NCBI GenBank assembly: GCA_035550795.1
Contig: DASZOL010000017.1
Location: forward strand, 5,113-69,112
DNA length: 64,000 nucleotides
Source: Candidatus Methylomirabilota bacterium
GTDB taxonomy: Bacteria; Methylomirabilota; Methylomirabilia; Rokubacteriales; DASRDR01
Reading direction: 5' to 3'
Below the pieces are notes generated by a model. That model searched no databases. It had not been told where the DNA came from and was given only the letters and a program-made list of their open reading frames with translations. The position numbers and the translations under genes are program-made. Positions 34,696 to 43,150 of the stretch are shown here, piece by piece (within the stretch, counting starts at the first letter, position 1; each line of letters starts with the position of its first letter).

Positions 34696-35186
34696 GGGCG
34701 CGGCTCCCCGGCGCTCTCGGCGACCATCCGAGCGGCGGCGAGCTCGACGGCGTCGAGGATCTTCGTGTACCCCGTGCAGCGGCAGAGATTCCCGGCCAGC
34801 GCGGCCCGGATGGCATCGCGGTCGGGCCGGGGGTCCGCGCCGAGCAGCGCCTTGGCGGTGAGAAGGATCCCCGGCGTGCAGTACCCGCACTGCGCGGCCC
34901 CGAGCTCCGCGAAGGCCTGCTGCAGCGGGTCGAGGCGTCCCCCCTCGGCCAGGCCCTCCACCGTCAGGATGTCGGAGGCCTGGCATTCGACCGCGAGGGC
35001 CAGGCACGAGAGTATCGGCTGGCCGTCCACGAGCACGGTGCAGGTCCCGCACTCACCCAGCTCGCAGCCGTGCTTGGTCCCCGGGAGTCCGAGGTCCTCG
35101 CGCAGCACCTCGAGGAGGGTCCGGTGGACGGGCGCCGCGACCTCGCGACGGTCCCCGTTCACGGTCAGGGTCATGAGGGTTCGCAT
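34692..35186 (-). CDS. hcrC: 4-hydroxybenzoyl-CoA reductase gamma (2x[2Fe-2S]) subunit
   Basis: Within ORF 34692..35432; ATG at 35186 (MRTLMTLTVNGD), 164 aa. Plant-type CELGECGTC...C and second cluster QCGYCTPG...CRCTGY. Confidence 0.85.
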   Translation of the reverse strand: MRTLMTLTVNGDRREVAAPVHRTLLEVLREDLGLPGTKHGCELGECGTCTVLVDGQPILSCLALAVECQASDILTVEGLAEGGRLDPLQQAFAELGAAQCGYCTPGILLTAKALLGADPRPDRDAIRAALAGNLCRCTGYTKILDAVELAAARMVAESAGEPRP

Positions 35187-35206
35187 GGCGCTCCGCCAGG
35201 GTGGAT

Positions 35207-35261
35207 GTTCAGGGTCAATGAAACCACTTAATGAATACTGAACCTGGAATCCGCCTGTCAA
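35207..35261 (-). promoter_or_regulatory. candidate promoter/operator of the hcr-box operon in an AT-rich patch
   Basis: Minus strand reads TTGACA (35261-35256), 18 nt, TATTCA (35237-35232). An inverted repeat GTTCAG-N25-CTGAAC (35243-35238 / 35212-35207 on the minus strand) brackets the -10 and the presumptive TSS. Direct repeat AATGAA occurs twice (plus 35217-35222 and 35230-35235). GGAG lies 4 nt before the hcrC ATG. Confidence 0.35.
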
Positions 35262-35470
35262 CCCCGACCTGCCGCCTCTCTCGGAGCCGGCCTCGCCGTG
35301 TGCCCAAGACGCCGGCCCGATCCGGCCGAGGACGTGCGCCAACGAGCCAGGCTGCGCGCCGGGCCGGGTCCGCTCCGGGGGTCGCCCTCCCAGCGGGCCC
35401 CCTCGCGACCTCGACGGCGCCCGGCGCGCCATCGGGGGTCGATCCGGATCCGAGAGCCGAGCCGCGTAGA

Positions 35471-35905
35471 CTAGGCGGAGGGCACCTGGTAGAGGTACTC
35501 GTGAAGGTAACGGAGCTCCTCACCCTGGTCGTCGATGTGGACCCGCATCAGGTCCCGGATCGAGAGCATGGAAAGGAGCCTGCCGTCGCTCACGACCGGC
35601 AGGTGCCGGATGTTCGCCTGGTCCATCTTGGACATGGCCGACTGGTAGTCCTCGTCCGCATCGGCGACGACGAGATCCGTCGTCATGACGTCGGCGACCC
35701 GCACCCCGCCCGGATCCAGCCCCCGGGCCACCACCCGTCGCGTCACGTCGCGCTCGGAGAAGACACCGACCAGTCGGTCCCCGTCAACGACGGACACGAT
35801 CCCGACGTTCTCGGCCGCCATCAACCGCGTGGCCTCGGCGACGGTCGCGTGACGCGGCAGCGCGAACACGAATCCCGGCCGCATGATGTCGCGCAGCTTC
35901 TTCAT
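35471..35905 (-). CDS. CBS-domain pair protein
   Basis: Within ORF 35471..35944; ATG at 35905 (MKKLRDIMRP). Two CBS repeats (GIVSVVDGDRLVGVFSERDV ; HLPVVSDGRLLSMLSIRDL). Confidence 0.8.
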   Translation of the reverse strand: MKKLRDIMRPGFVFALPRHATVAEATRLMAAENVGIVSVVDGDRLVGVFSERDVTRRVVARGLDPGGVRVADVMTTDLVVADADEDYQSAMSKMDQANIRHLPVVSDGRLLSMLSIRDLMRVHIDDQGEELRYLHEYLYQVPSA

Positions 35906-36205
35906 CCCGGCACCTCGGGCCGGCCCGCGATCCTCCGCAGACACGAACGCCCCCGACGGTCATCACCTTGACCAGCGGGGGCGCTAGACTCCCGTCCGGG
36001 AAACCGCGTCAGGAACATTCTCTGTCCCCTCAGCCGGACTGTCTCTTCGTCGATGGTATGACGAGGGCGCCTGCAGGGTCAACGTCTCGCTCGTGTCTCG
36101 CTCGTGTCCACGCAGGTCTCGCCGGCCTCCCGCCGGTCGCGCCGGGACAGCCCAGCCGGCGCTCCCACCGCGCAGGAAGCGCTCACCCGCGTCAGCCTCC
36201 AAACA

Positions 36206-37141
36206 TCAGTCCAGCGTCAGCACGGCCTTCCCCGAAAAACGCCGCGCGATCAACTCTTCGGCCGCCTGGGCGACCTCGGTCCAGGGCCGCGCCACGCGGA
36301 TGTGCGGCGCCAGCTGCCCCGTGGCGACCAGGTCCGCCAGACGCCTGAGACCCGCCGATGCCGGCTCCTTCTCCAGCTCGGCGAAGAGGTAGAAGCCGTA
36401 CAGGGTCGCGCGACCGCCCAGGAAGAACTGCCGGGCGTCGAACGTGACCTCGGCGGACGCCGAGACGCCGAGGGACACGCAGGTGCCGCCGGGCTCGAGC
36501 GCCCCGAGGGCCGTACCGAGGGTGCGCCCCCCGACGGACTCGACGATCAGGGCATACTTGGGCGCGGCCGGAACCTCCTCGCCGACGACGACCTCGTGAG
36601 CACCCAGGTGGCGGAGAACCGGCGCCTGGTCGTCCCGCCGGGCGCTCGCGGTGACGTGGGCCTGCGCCAGTCGGGCGAGCTGGACCGCGAAGTCGCCGAC
36701 CCCTCCGGTCGCGCCCGTGACGAGCACGCGCCGTCCCAGGAGGAGGCCGCCCCTTCCAAGCGCACGGAGCGCGGTCAGTCCGGCCACGGGCAGCGTCGCC
36801 GCCTGGCCAAACGCCACCCTGGCCGGAAGCTCGGCGAGCGCGTGCGTCGGGACCGCGACGTGCTCGGCCCATGCACCCTCCGGGAGGATGCCCACGACAC
36901 GCGCGCCCACCCGTGGACCCGAGCCGTCGGCCGCGGCGCGCGCCACCTCGCCGGCCAGGTCCCAGCCCGGGCGCCAGCCCGCAGGGGCCATGCTGGCGCG
37001 GCGGACCTCACCCCGGTTGAGCGAGATCGCCCGGACGCGGACGATGGCCTCCGCTCGGCCGGGAGCGGGGTCGCCCACCGGGCGAAGCACGAGCCTCCCC
37101 GGGGCCTCGGGATCCACCACAACGGCGCGATTCGCGCTCAT
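36206..37141 (-). CDS. NADPH:quinone oxidoreductase / zeta-crystallin-like MDR-family dehydrogenase
   Basis: ORF track 311 aa. MDR GroES-like N-domain and Rossmann VLVTGATGGVG. No structural-zinc Cys motif. Confidence 0.85.
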   Translation of the reverse strand: MSANRAVVVDPEAPGRLVLRPVGDPAPGRAEAIVRVRAISLNRGEVRRASMAPAGWRPGWDLAGEVARAAADGSGPRVGARVVGILPEGAWAEHVAVPTHALAELPARVAFGQAATLPVAGLTALRALGRGGLLLGRRVLVTGATGGVGDFAVQLARLAQAHVTASARRDDQAPVLRHLGAHEVVVGEEVPAAPKYALIVESVGGRTLGTALGALEPGGTCVSLGVSASAEVTFDARQFFLGGRATLYGFYLFAELEKEPASAGLRRLADLVATGQLAPHIRVARPWTEVAQAAEELIARRFSGKAVLTLD

Positions 37142-37986
37142 CGGCTTTCCCCCTCGTCTCCCGACGTGAAGATCGCCCCGAGCGCCCGGCTCGCGATGGT
37201 ATCGCGCAGCCAGGTGAACCCGCCCGCGTCCCTCGTCTCGCGCGCCCCCTGGAGGAACGCGCCAAGCGCGAGCCGTGACAGCGAGCCGCCCACGCTGATG
37301 CGCTTGACACCCGCCTCGGCCAGCAGCGTGACCGTGATCGAGGGATCGAGGGTGCTCACCACGACGTTGACGGGGCGGGTCACCGACGCGACGACGGTCC
37401 GGATCGTGGCCAGGTCCCGGAGCCCCGGCGCGTAGAGGACGTCGGCCCCGACCCGCTCGAACGCCTGGAGCCGCCGGATCGTGTCAGCGAGATCGTGGCG
37501 TCCGTGCAGGAGGTTCTCCGCCCGCGCCGTCAGCATGAACGGGAACGACAGCGCACGCGCCACCTCGACGGCGGCGTGCACCCGCTCGACCGCCAGCGCG
37601 AACTCGTAGATCGGGCTCCTCCGATCCCCTGTCGCGTCCTCGATCGAGCCCCCGACGACGCCCGCCTCCGCGGCCATCCGGATCATCTCGGCCGCACCTC
37701 GCGGCGCGTGGGCGTAGCCGTTCTCGAGGTCGGCGTTGACGGGTAGATCAGTCGCCCGAGCGATTGCCCGGCAGTTGTCCAGGACCTCGTCCCGGCCCAC
37801 CGCCCCCGCCCCGTCCGGGCGGCCGAGGCTGTTCGCGAGCCCCAGGCTGGTCGTGGCCAGGGCTTCGAAGCCAAGCGACGCCAGCACCCTGGCCGTGCCG
37901 GCGTCCCACGGGTTCGGCATGACGAACGCCCCCGGACGTTCATGAAGGGCGCGGAACGCTGCCGCCTTCTCCGCCTGTGTGACCAT
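37138..37986 (-). CDS. isocitrate lyase / PEP mutase superfamily protein (2-methylisocitrate-lyase or carboxyvinyl-carboxyphosphonate-phosphorylmutase-like)
   Basis: Within ORF 37138..38214; ATG at 37986 (MVTQAEKAAAFRALHERPGAFVMPNPWDAGTA), 282 aa. Family blocks: PVNADLENGY, GGSIED. The stop overlaps the next gene's start (ATGA). Confidence 0.8.
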   Translation of the reverse strand: MVTQAEKAAAFRALHERPGAFVMPNPWDAGTARVLASLGFEALATTSLGLANSLGRPDGAGAVGRDEVLDNCRAIARATDLPVNADLENGYAHAPRGAAEMIRMAAEAGVVGGSIEDATGDRRSPIYEFALAVERVHAAVEVARALSFPFMLTARAENLLHGRHDLADTIRRLQAFERVGADVLYAPGLRDLATIRTVVASVTRPVNVVVSTLDPSITVTLLAEAGVKRISVGGSLSRLALGAFLQGARETRDAGGFTWLRDTIASRALGAIFTSGDEGESR

Positions 37987-38872
37987 GGGCTCCCCCCGCC
38001 GCCCCCGGCGCCATAGGAGTGGAAGTGCCAGTATTCCCAGGCCGCCGCCCGACGCAGGCGCGCCTCGTCGCGCCACTCCGGACCGAAGCGGGCGACAGGA
38101 CCGGCGCCAGGATGTAGCCTCGTCGCCAGGCACCGGGCCCCGCCCCAGTGTAGGCGCGCATGACGCCCCGATCGAGGTGCTCGAGGGCCACGGCGAGGGC
38201 ACACAGCAGCGCATCCCAGCCGTCCTCGATCGCCTTGAGGGCGCGTCCCTGAGCGTCGGCGCGTGGCCGGCGGCGCACCAGCGCCTGCCAGGCCGGATCG
38301 CGCGCGACGTAGCGACGCTCCTCGATCACCCGGATGCACTGCTCGATGAACGGCCCAAGTCCGCGCGCCACCCACTCGCCCTTGGAGCCGAAGCGGTGAC
38401 GCTTGTAGGCGTGCTTCGTCCGCCCGGGAGTGCGATCGAGGTCGAAGAGGTGCACCTGGAGCGCGGTGGGATAGACCTCGCGGATGACGGCCGGCCCCGG
38501 ACCGGCGGGGCTCTCCGGGCACAGGTCCGCGCCCGCGCACCGCGCGTCCAGCTGTCCGGCGAAGCACTGCAGCATGTCCCGGAAGGCCGAGAGGCTGTGG
38601 ACGGACGCGGCAAACCGGCCGAAGAGCCGCGACACCTCGTCGTCGCAATCACGGCGGCCGCGGGCGCAGTCGAGACCGAGGAGGGGCGCGTCGATGCCGA
38701 TGGCGGTGGCCGGTCGCGGGCCGGCGGAAGCCAGCCAGTCGAGCACCGCGGCGTGGGTCGGGAGCGTCCGGGGCCCGTCGATCAGGCGGAGCGGAAACCG
38801 CGTCCCCTCGAGCGCGACCACCCCGGAGGGGTTGCGGGGCTTCCACGCAAGGTCGACGCCGAGGAATCGCAC
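37940..38872 (-). CDS. DUF429-family protein (predicted RNase H-fold nuclease)
   Basis: ORF track 310 aa. N-terminus MRFLGVDLAWKPRNPSGVVAL and IGIDAPL are, from memory, typical of DUF429/COG4328. The last ~50 aa are low-complexity and overlap the next gene's start by 47 nt, so the true C-terminus is uncertain. Confidence 0.6.
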   Translation of the reverse strand: MRFLGVDLAWKPRNPSGVVALEGTRFPLRLIDGPRTLPTHAAVLDWLASAGPRPATAIGIDAPLLGLDCARGRRDCDDEVSRLFGRFAASVHSLSAFRDMLQCFAGQLDARCAGADLCPESPAGPGPAVIREVYPTALQVHLFDLDRTPGRTKHAYKRHRFGSKGEWVARGLGPFIEQCIRVIEERRYVARDPAWQALVRRRPRADAQGRALKAIEDGWDALLCALAVALEHLDRGVMRAYTGAGPGAWRRGYILAPVLSPASVRSGATRRACVGRRPGNTGTSTPMAPGAAGGAHGHTGGEGGSVPRPS

Positions 38873-38876
38873 CCGC

Positions 38877-39647
38877 TCACCGCCGCGCGCCCGTCCAGAA
38901 GCCCTCGGGGTCGAAGGTCCGGATCATGGCGAGCTCCTGCTCGGTGGGAGGCGCCGTCTCGCCGAGGTCGGGCGCCACGCTGAGCGGCCAGCCCGTCTGC
39001 GCTCGGATCTCCCCCACGGTGACCCCGGGGTGCGCGCTGGCCAGGACCATCTCGCGGCTCACGGGATCGAAGCGGAAGAGCCCGAGGGTGGTGATGACGG
39101 CCGACGGACCGCCGCCGGGCAGGCCCGTTCGCGCGCGCCAATCGCCGCCGCCACCGTGGCCAGGGGACGTGACGTAGTCGACCCGCTCCACGAAGCGTCG
39201 GCGCTCGTGCGTCATGATGACGACGTGGCGGCGGGCGAGCGAGGCGATGTCCGACCCGCCGCCGGACCCCGGGAGCCGGAGGGCCCCGCCCCGCGGCCCG
39301 ACGTAGGTGGTGTTGAGATTGCCGAAGCGGTCCACCTGGGCGCCCCCGATGAAGCCGAGCGTGACGCGCCCTGCCTGCATCAGGCCCATGACCTCGCGCA
39401 TCTCCGTGCACCAGAGGGCGCCGGTCACGTTGGGTCCGTCCGACATGGTCACCAGGAAGGCCTGCGCCGGCGAGTCGCGGACCACGCCATTCTCGAAGAG
39501 ACCCACCGCCCCCGGCGCGTGCATCGACCGGGCCAGGCAGAAGGCGAGGAGGGGGAGCCGCATGCCGACGAACACCACCTCGTCATCCTGGATCTCCCGC
39601 GCGGCGGCGGCCACCATGAGCTCCGCCGGGGTGTAGGGCCGCGTCAC
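38877..39647 (-). CDS. CoA-transferase subunit B (glutaconate/3-oxoacid CoA-transferase family)
   Basis: ORF track 256 aa. YTPAELMVAAAAREI...GFIGGAQVDRFGNLN; size and order match beta subunits. Confidence 0.8.
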   Translation of the reverse strand: MTRPYTPAELMVAAAAREIQDDEVVFVGMRLPLLAFCLARSMHAPGAVGLFENGVVRDSPAQAFLVTMSDGPNVTGALWCTEMREVMGLMQAGRVTLGFIGGAQVDRFGNLNTTYVGPRGGALRLPGSGGGSDIASLARRHVVIMTHERRRFVERVDYVTSPGHGGGGDWRARTGLPGGGPSAVITTLGLFRFDPVSREMVLASAHPGVTVGEIRAQTGWPLSVAPDLGETAPPTEQELAMIRTFDPEGFWTGARR

Positions 39648-39656
39648 GGGTAGCCC

Positions 39657-40571
39657 TCAGCAGGCGTAGTCGACCGGCTCGGCGAGCTTGGCCGCGCCAG
39701 GCCGGAGCCGGTCCAGGCGCGCCTGGCCAAGCTTCGCGAGGTAGGCCGAGTGATCGCGAGGTCCTCGCACCCACTCATCCAGCCACGCCACCGCCCCCTC
39801 CGCGCTGGCGGATCGCGCGTGCCAGTCCGCGTAGACGGGATGGTCCCGGTTGTAGTGCCCCTGGACCGGCGACGGGTGCGCTCCCCATGGCTGGTGGACG
39901 ACCGCGGTCACGAGGAATCCCGGCAGGAGCGTCCGGTTGGGGTCGCTCCGGATCACCGCGGGATCGACGAGCTCCTCCGTCACGACGATCACCGCGCGGC
40001 TCGCTTTGCCCGCCGCCGCGCTGACGCCCGTCGGTCCCCACGCGTGGCAGTTCCCGGCCGCGTCCGCCCGCTGGACATGAAGGATCGCCACGTCCGGAGC
40101 CAGCGCCGGCACGAGGACCAGCGGCACGCCGGTGAAGGGACACGGGGCCACCCGTGCGCGCGAGCCCGTGGAGAGGAGGTCCGAGCCGAGGAGGCTCCGG
40201 GTCGGCAGGTACGGAACCCCCTGCGCCGCGGCCTCGAGGGCCAGCGCGATCGAGAAGTTCGAGTGGTCCTCGATCTCGAGCGGGCACGGGATACCCTGCT
40301 CCAGTGCCCGGCGGAAAGCATAGGCCGCCCCGTGCTGGACGTTGCCGACCCACGCCGCGACGATGCGCCGGACGCAGCCGGCGGCGATCAGCTGCTCGAA
40401 GCAGATGTCCGATATCGGGCCGACCAGCGTGAGCTCCCGCCGGCGCTGGCGGATCAGCTCGTGCGCCGCGGCGAAGGGGATCAGGCATTCCAGGGCCGTG
40501 CCGAGGACCACGGTGGCGCCGTCGGGGACGTGGCGGCGGAGCGCCTCGGCCAGCGTGAGGACCTTGCTCAC
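39657..40571 (-). CDS. CoA-transferase subunit A (glutaconate CoA-transferase-like)
   Basis: Within ORF 39657..40634; GTG at 40571 (VSKVLTLAEALRRHVPDGATVVLG), 304 aa. The start is uncertain by about 20 codons. Confidence 0.75.
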   Translation of the reverse strand: MSKVLTLAEALRRHVPDGATVVLGTALECLIPFAAAHELIRQRRRELTLVGPISDICFEQLIAAGCVRRIVAAWVGNVQHGAAYAFRRALEQGIPCPLEIEDHSNFSIALALEAAAQGVPYLPTRSLLGSDLLSTGSRARVAPCPFTGVPLVLVPALAPDVAILHVQRADAAGNCHAWGPTGVSAAAGKASRAVIVVTEELVDPAVIRSDPNRTLLPGFLVTAVVHQPWGAHPSPVQGHYNRDHPVYADWHARSASAEGAVAWLDEWVRGPRDHSAYLAKLGQARLDRLRPGAAKLAEPVDYAC

Positions 40572-40752
40572 CGGCCGGCTCAGTCCACCTGGGGGGGAGC
40601 GGCGGCGCTCCGCCCCCAGACCCCCCCACCGCATTGATCAGTCGCGTGGCGCCGAAGAGATTGGTTCACGGCCTCTCAGTCGGTGAGCCCGGTGCCGGCC
40701 GGGGCCGCCACCGAGAACGGCAAGGCCCGACTCACGCCGCTGAGCCGGCGGC

Positions 40753-41943
40753 TCAGCCCTCGAGCCCGGCGCAGGCGGCCTCGATCCGCGCCAGGCCCTC
40801 TCGAATCTGCTCGAGGCCGCACGCGTACGAGATGCGGAGGTGTCGGTCGGAGCCGAAGTCCGCCCCGGGCACGACCGCCACCCGGGCCGCGTCCAGCAGG
40901 AAGGCGGTGACGTCGGCCGAGCCGCGCAGCACCTGCCCGTCGAAGCGACGGCCGAACAGGCCCGAGACGTCCGGAAAGGCGTAGAAGGCGCCCGGCGGCA
41001 TCGGACATCTCCAGCCAGGGATACGGTTCAGCCCGGCGACGATCACGCGCCGGCGCTGGTCGAACTCCCCGGCCATCTTCGCCACCTCGTCCTGCGGCCC
41101 GCCGAGCGCCTCGACCGCCGCCCACTGGGCGATCGAGGTCGGATTCGACGTGCATTGCCCCTGGAGATCGGTCATGGCCTTGACGATCTCGCGCGGCCCT
41201 GCCGCGAAGCCGAGACGCCAGCCGGTCATCGCATACGTCTTCGAGCAGGTGTTGACGACGATCGTCCGCGCCTTGATCTCCGGACCCAGGGCGGCGATGC
41301 TCGCCACGCGTCCCTCGTAGGACAAGGCGTCGTAGCACTCGTCCGAGACGACGTAGAACCCGTGCTCCAGCGCCAGCGCCGCGACGCGCTCGAGATCCGC
41401 CCGCGGGTACACGGCGCCGGTCGGGTTGTTCGGGGTGTTGAGGAGCAGGAGCTTCGTCCTGGGCGTCACCGCGCCTCGAAGGGCGGCCAGATCGAGCTGG
41501 AACCCTCGGGGCTCATCGCACCCCACCACGACGGGCACGCCCTCGCACAGGCGGACTTGCTCCGTGTAGCTCACCCAGTACGGCGCGGGCACGATGACCT
41601 CATCACCCGGGTCCACGAGCACCGCGCAGACGTTGTAGAGGGTGTGCTTGGCGCCGACCGAGGCAATGACCTCGGACGACTCGTAGGCGAGCCCGCTGTC
41701 CCGCTTGAGCTTCGCGCAGATCGCGGACTTGAGCTCCGGGATCCCTCCCGCGTCCGTGTACTTGGTCTGTCCATCCCGGATGGCTCGGACGGCGGCCTCC
41801 TTGACCCGCTCGGGCGTGTCGAAGTCCGGCTCACCCGCGGTGAACGAGAGGACGTCGATGCCCTGGGCTCGCAGGGCGCGGGCGCGGGCGGAGAGGACCA
41901 GGGTGGGGGACGGCGTCAGGCGGCGGGCACGCTCGGCCAGCAT
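40753..41943 (-). CDS. class-I PLP-dependent (aspartate/aromatic) aminotransferase
   Basis: ORF track 396 aa. GEPDFDTP, NPNNPTG-like NTPNNPTGAVY, SKTYAMTGWRLG (PLP Lys). Confidence 0.9.
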   Translation of the reverse strand: MLAERARRLTPSPTLVLSARARALRAQGIDVLSFTAGEPDFDTPERVKEAAVRAIRDGQTKYTDAGGIPELKSAICAKLKRDSGLAYESSEVIASVGAKHTLYNVCAVLVDPGDEVIVPAPYWVSYTEQVRLCEGVPVVVGCDEPRGFQLDLAALRGAVTPRTKLLLLNTPNNPTGAVYPRADLERVAALALEHGFYVVSDECYDALSYEGRVASIAALGPEIKARTIVVNTCSKTYAMTGWRLGFAAGPREIVKAMTDLQGQCTSNPTSIAQWAAVEALGGPQDEVAKMAGEFDQRRRVIVAGLNRIPGWRCPMPPGAFYAFPDVSGLFGRRFDGQVLRGSADVTAFLLDAARVAVVPGADFGSDRHLRISYACGLEQIREGLARIEAACAGLEG

Positions 41944-41982
41944 GGTTCAGCTCACTCCTCTTCGGGTTCTCGCGTCCCGGGA

Positions 41983-42468
41983 TCAGCCGCGGCGCAGCCT
42001 CTCCCGGAGCCGCTGCTCGACGCCGGCGGGGACGAGGCCCTTCACGGAGCCTCCGTGACCGGCGACTTCCTTGATCAGGCGCGACGAAATGTACGAGTAC
42101 GCCTCGTGAGGCATGAGGAAAACGGTCTCGACCTCCTCGCGCAGTTTCCGGTTCATCAGGGCCATCTGGAACTCGTACTCGAAGTCCGACACGGCCCGGA
42201 GTCCGCGGATGATCGCCTGGGCGCCCAGCCGGGCGGTCAGGTCGACGAGGAGCCCGTCGAACACCACGACCTCGATCTCGCGCAGGTGCCGCGTCGACTC
42301 CCGGATCATGTTCACGCGCTCGCTGGCCGTGAACATCGCAGTCTTGGCCGGATTCGTGACGACCGCCACCACGAGCTCGTCGAAGAGGCGGAGGCTCCGC
42401 TCGATGAGATCGAGGTGCCCGTTGGTCAGCGGGTCGAACGAGCCCGGGTAGACGGCGCGAACGCCCAC
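41983..42468 (-). CDS. coaD: pantetheine-phosphate adenylyltransferase
   Basis: ORF track 161 aa. AVYPGSFDPLTNGHLDLI (T/HxGH), ISSRLIKE. Confidence 0.9.
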   Translation of the reverse strand: MGVRAVYPGSFDPLTNGHLDLIERSLRLFDELVVAVVTNPAKTAMFTASERVNMIRESTRHLREIEVVVFDGLLVDLTARLGAQAIIRGLRAVSDFEYEFQMALMNRKLREEVETVFLMPHEAYSYISSRLIKEVAGHGGSVKGLVPAGVEQRLRERLRRG

Positions 42469-42562
42469 GAATCGCTCCTGCTGTCTCGGCGCTAGATGAG
42501 GCGACCGCCGCGGCTCACGACGGAAGGCGGGATCGCCGGGCGGCGACGAAGATGTGGCGCAC

Positions 42563-43144
42563 TCAGGGCCTCGAGCCGTCGGGAGTGTACTCCTCGGCTC
42601 GAAAGAAAGTCAAGGCGCTGTCGCCGAAACGCCGCGGCCGGCGGTGCGCCACGAGGTCCGGCACCGCCGGAAGCTCAATCCGCGTGGAGTGCTGCACGAC
42701 CACTTCCGTCCCGTTCCGGCAGACGCCGGTGGCACCGAGCGCCTGGAGGGTGCGCGCGGCGAGGGTGGTCGCATACGGAGGGTCGAGGAAGACGAGGTCG
42801 AACGGGCCCTCCTGGGCGCCCAGGTCGGCGAGCACGCGGAGCACGTCGCCCGCCAGCACGCGGGCGGCGGCGCGGGACGCACCGAGCGCCGTCAGATTCG
42901 CCCGCAGCGCGCGCAGGGCCGACGGGTCTCGCTCCACCAGCACCACGCGGGCCGCGCCGCGGGACAGCGCTTCGATCCCGACCGCTCCCGTGCCGGCGAA
43001 GAGATCCAGGACGCGCGCCCCCGCGACGGCCGGCCCGAGCACGTCGAACAGGGCTTCGCGCACCCGGTCGGCCGTCGGGCGCGTCCGGAGTCCCCGGGGC
43101 GCCCGGAGACGCCGCCCGCGGTCGTGGCCGCCGATGATGCGCAC
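42563..43144 (-). CDS. rsmD: 16S rRNA (guanine966-N2)-methyltransferase
   Basis: ORF track 193 aa. RPTADRVREALFD, LDLFAGTGAVGIEALSRGA, DPPY. Confidence 0.85.
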   Translation of the reverse strand: MRIIGGHDRGRRLRAPRGLRTRPTADRVREALFDVLGPAVAGARVLDLFAGTGAVGIEALSRGAARVVLVERDPSALRALRANLTALGASRAAARVLAGDVLRVLADLGAQEGPFDLVFLDPPYATTLAARTLQALGATGVCRNGTEVVVQHSTRIELPAVPDLVAHRRPRRFGDSALTFFRAEEYTPDGSRP

Positions 43145-43150
43145 GTCGGC

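Noticed and set aside
36084-36108. Tandem duplication gtctcgctcgt x2 in the CBS / oxidoreductase intergenic region, considered as a possible repeat array or CRISPR-like element.
   Set aside because: There are only two 11-bp units, no spacers and no further copies. Most likely a slippage duplication.
40590-40618. GC hairpin (ggggagcg...cgctccgcccc) upstream of the CoA-transferase A gene, considered as a regulatory element.
   Set aside because: The stem is imperfect. It lies inside the alternative N-terminal extension of the ORF, so its status depends on an unresolved start codon. Nothing distinguishes it from the background GC-rich self-complementarity.
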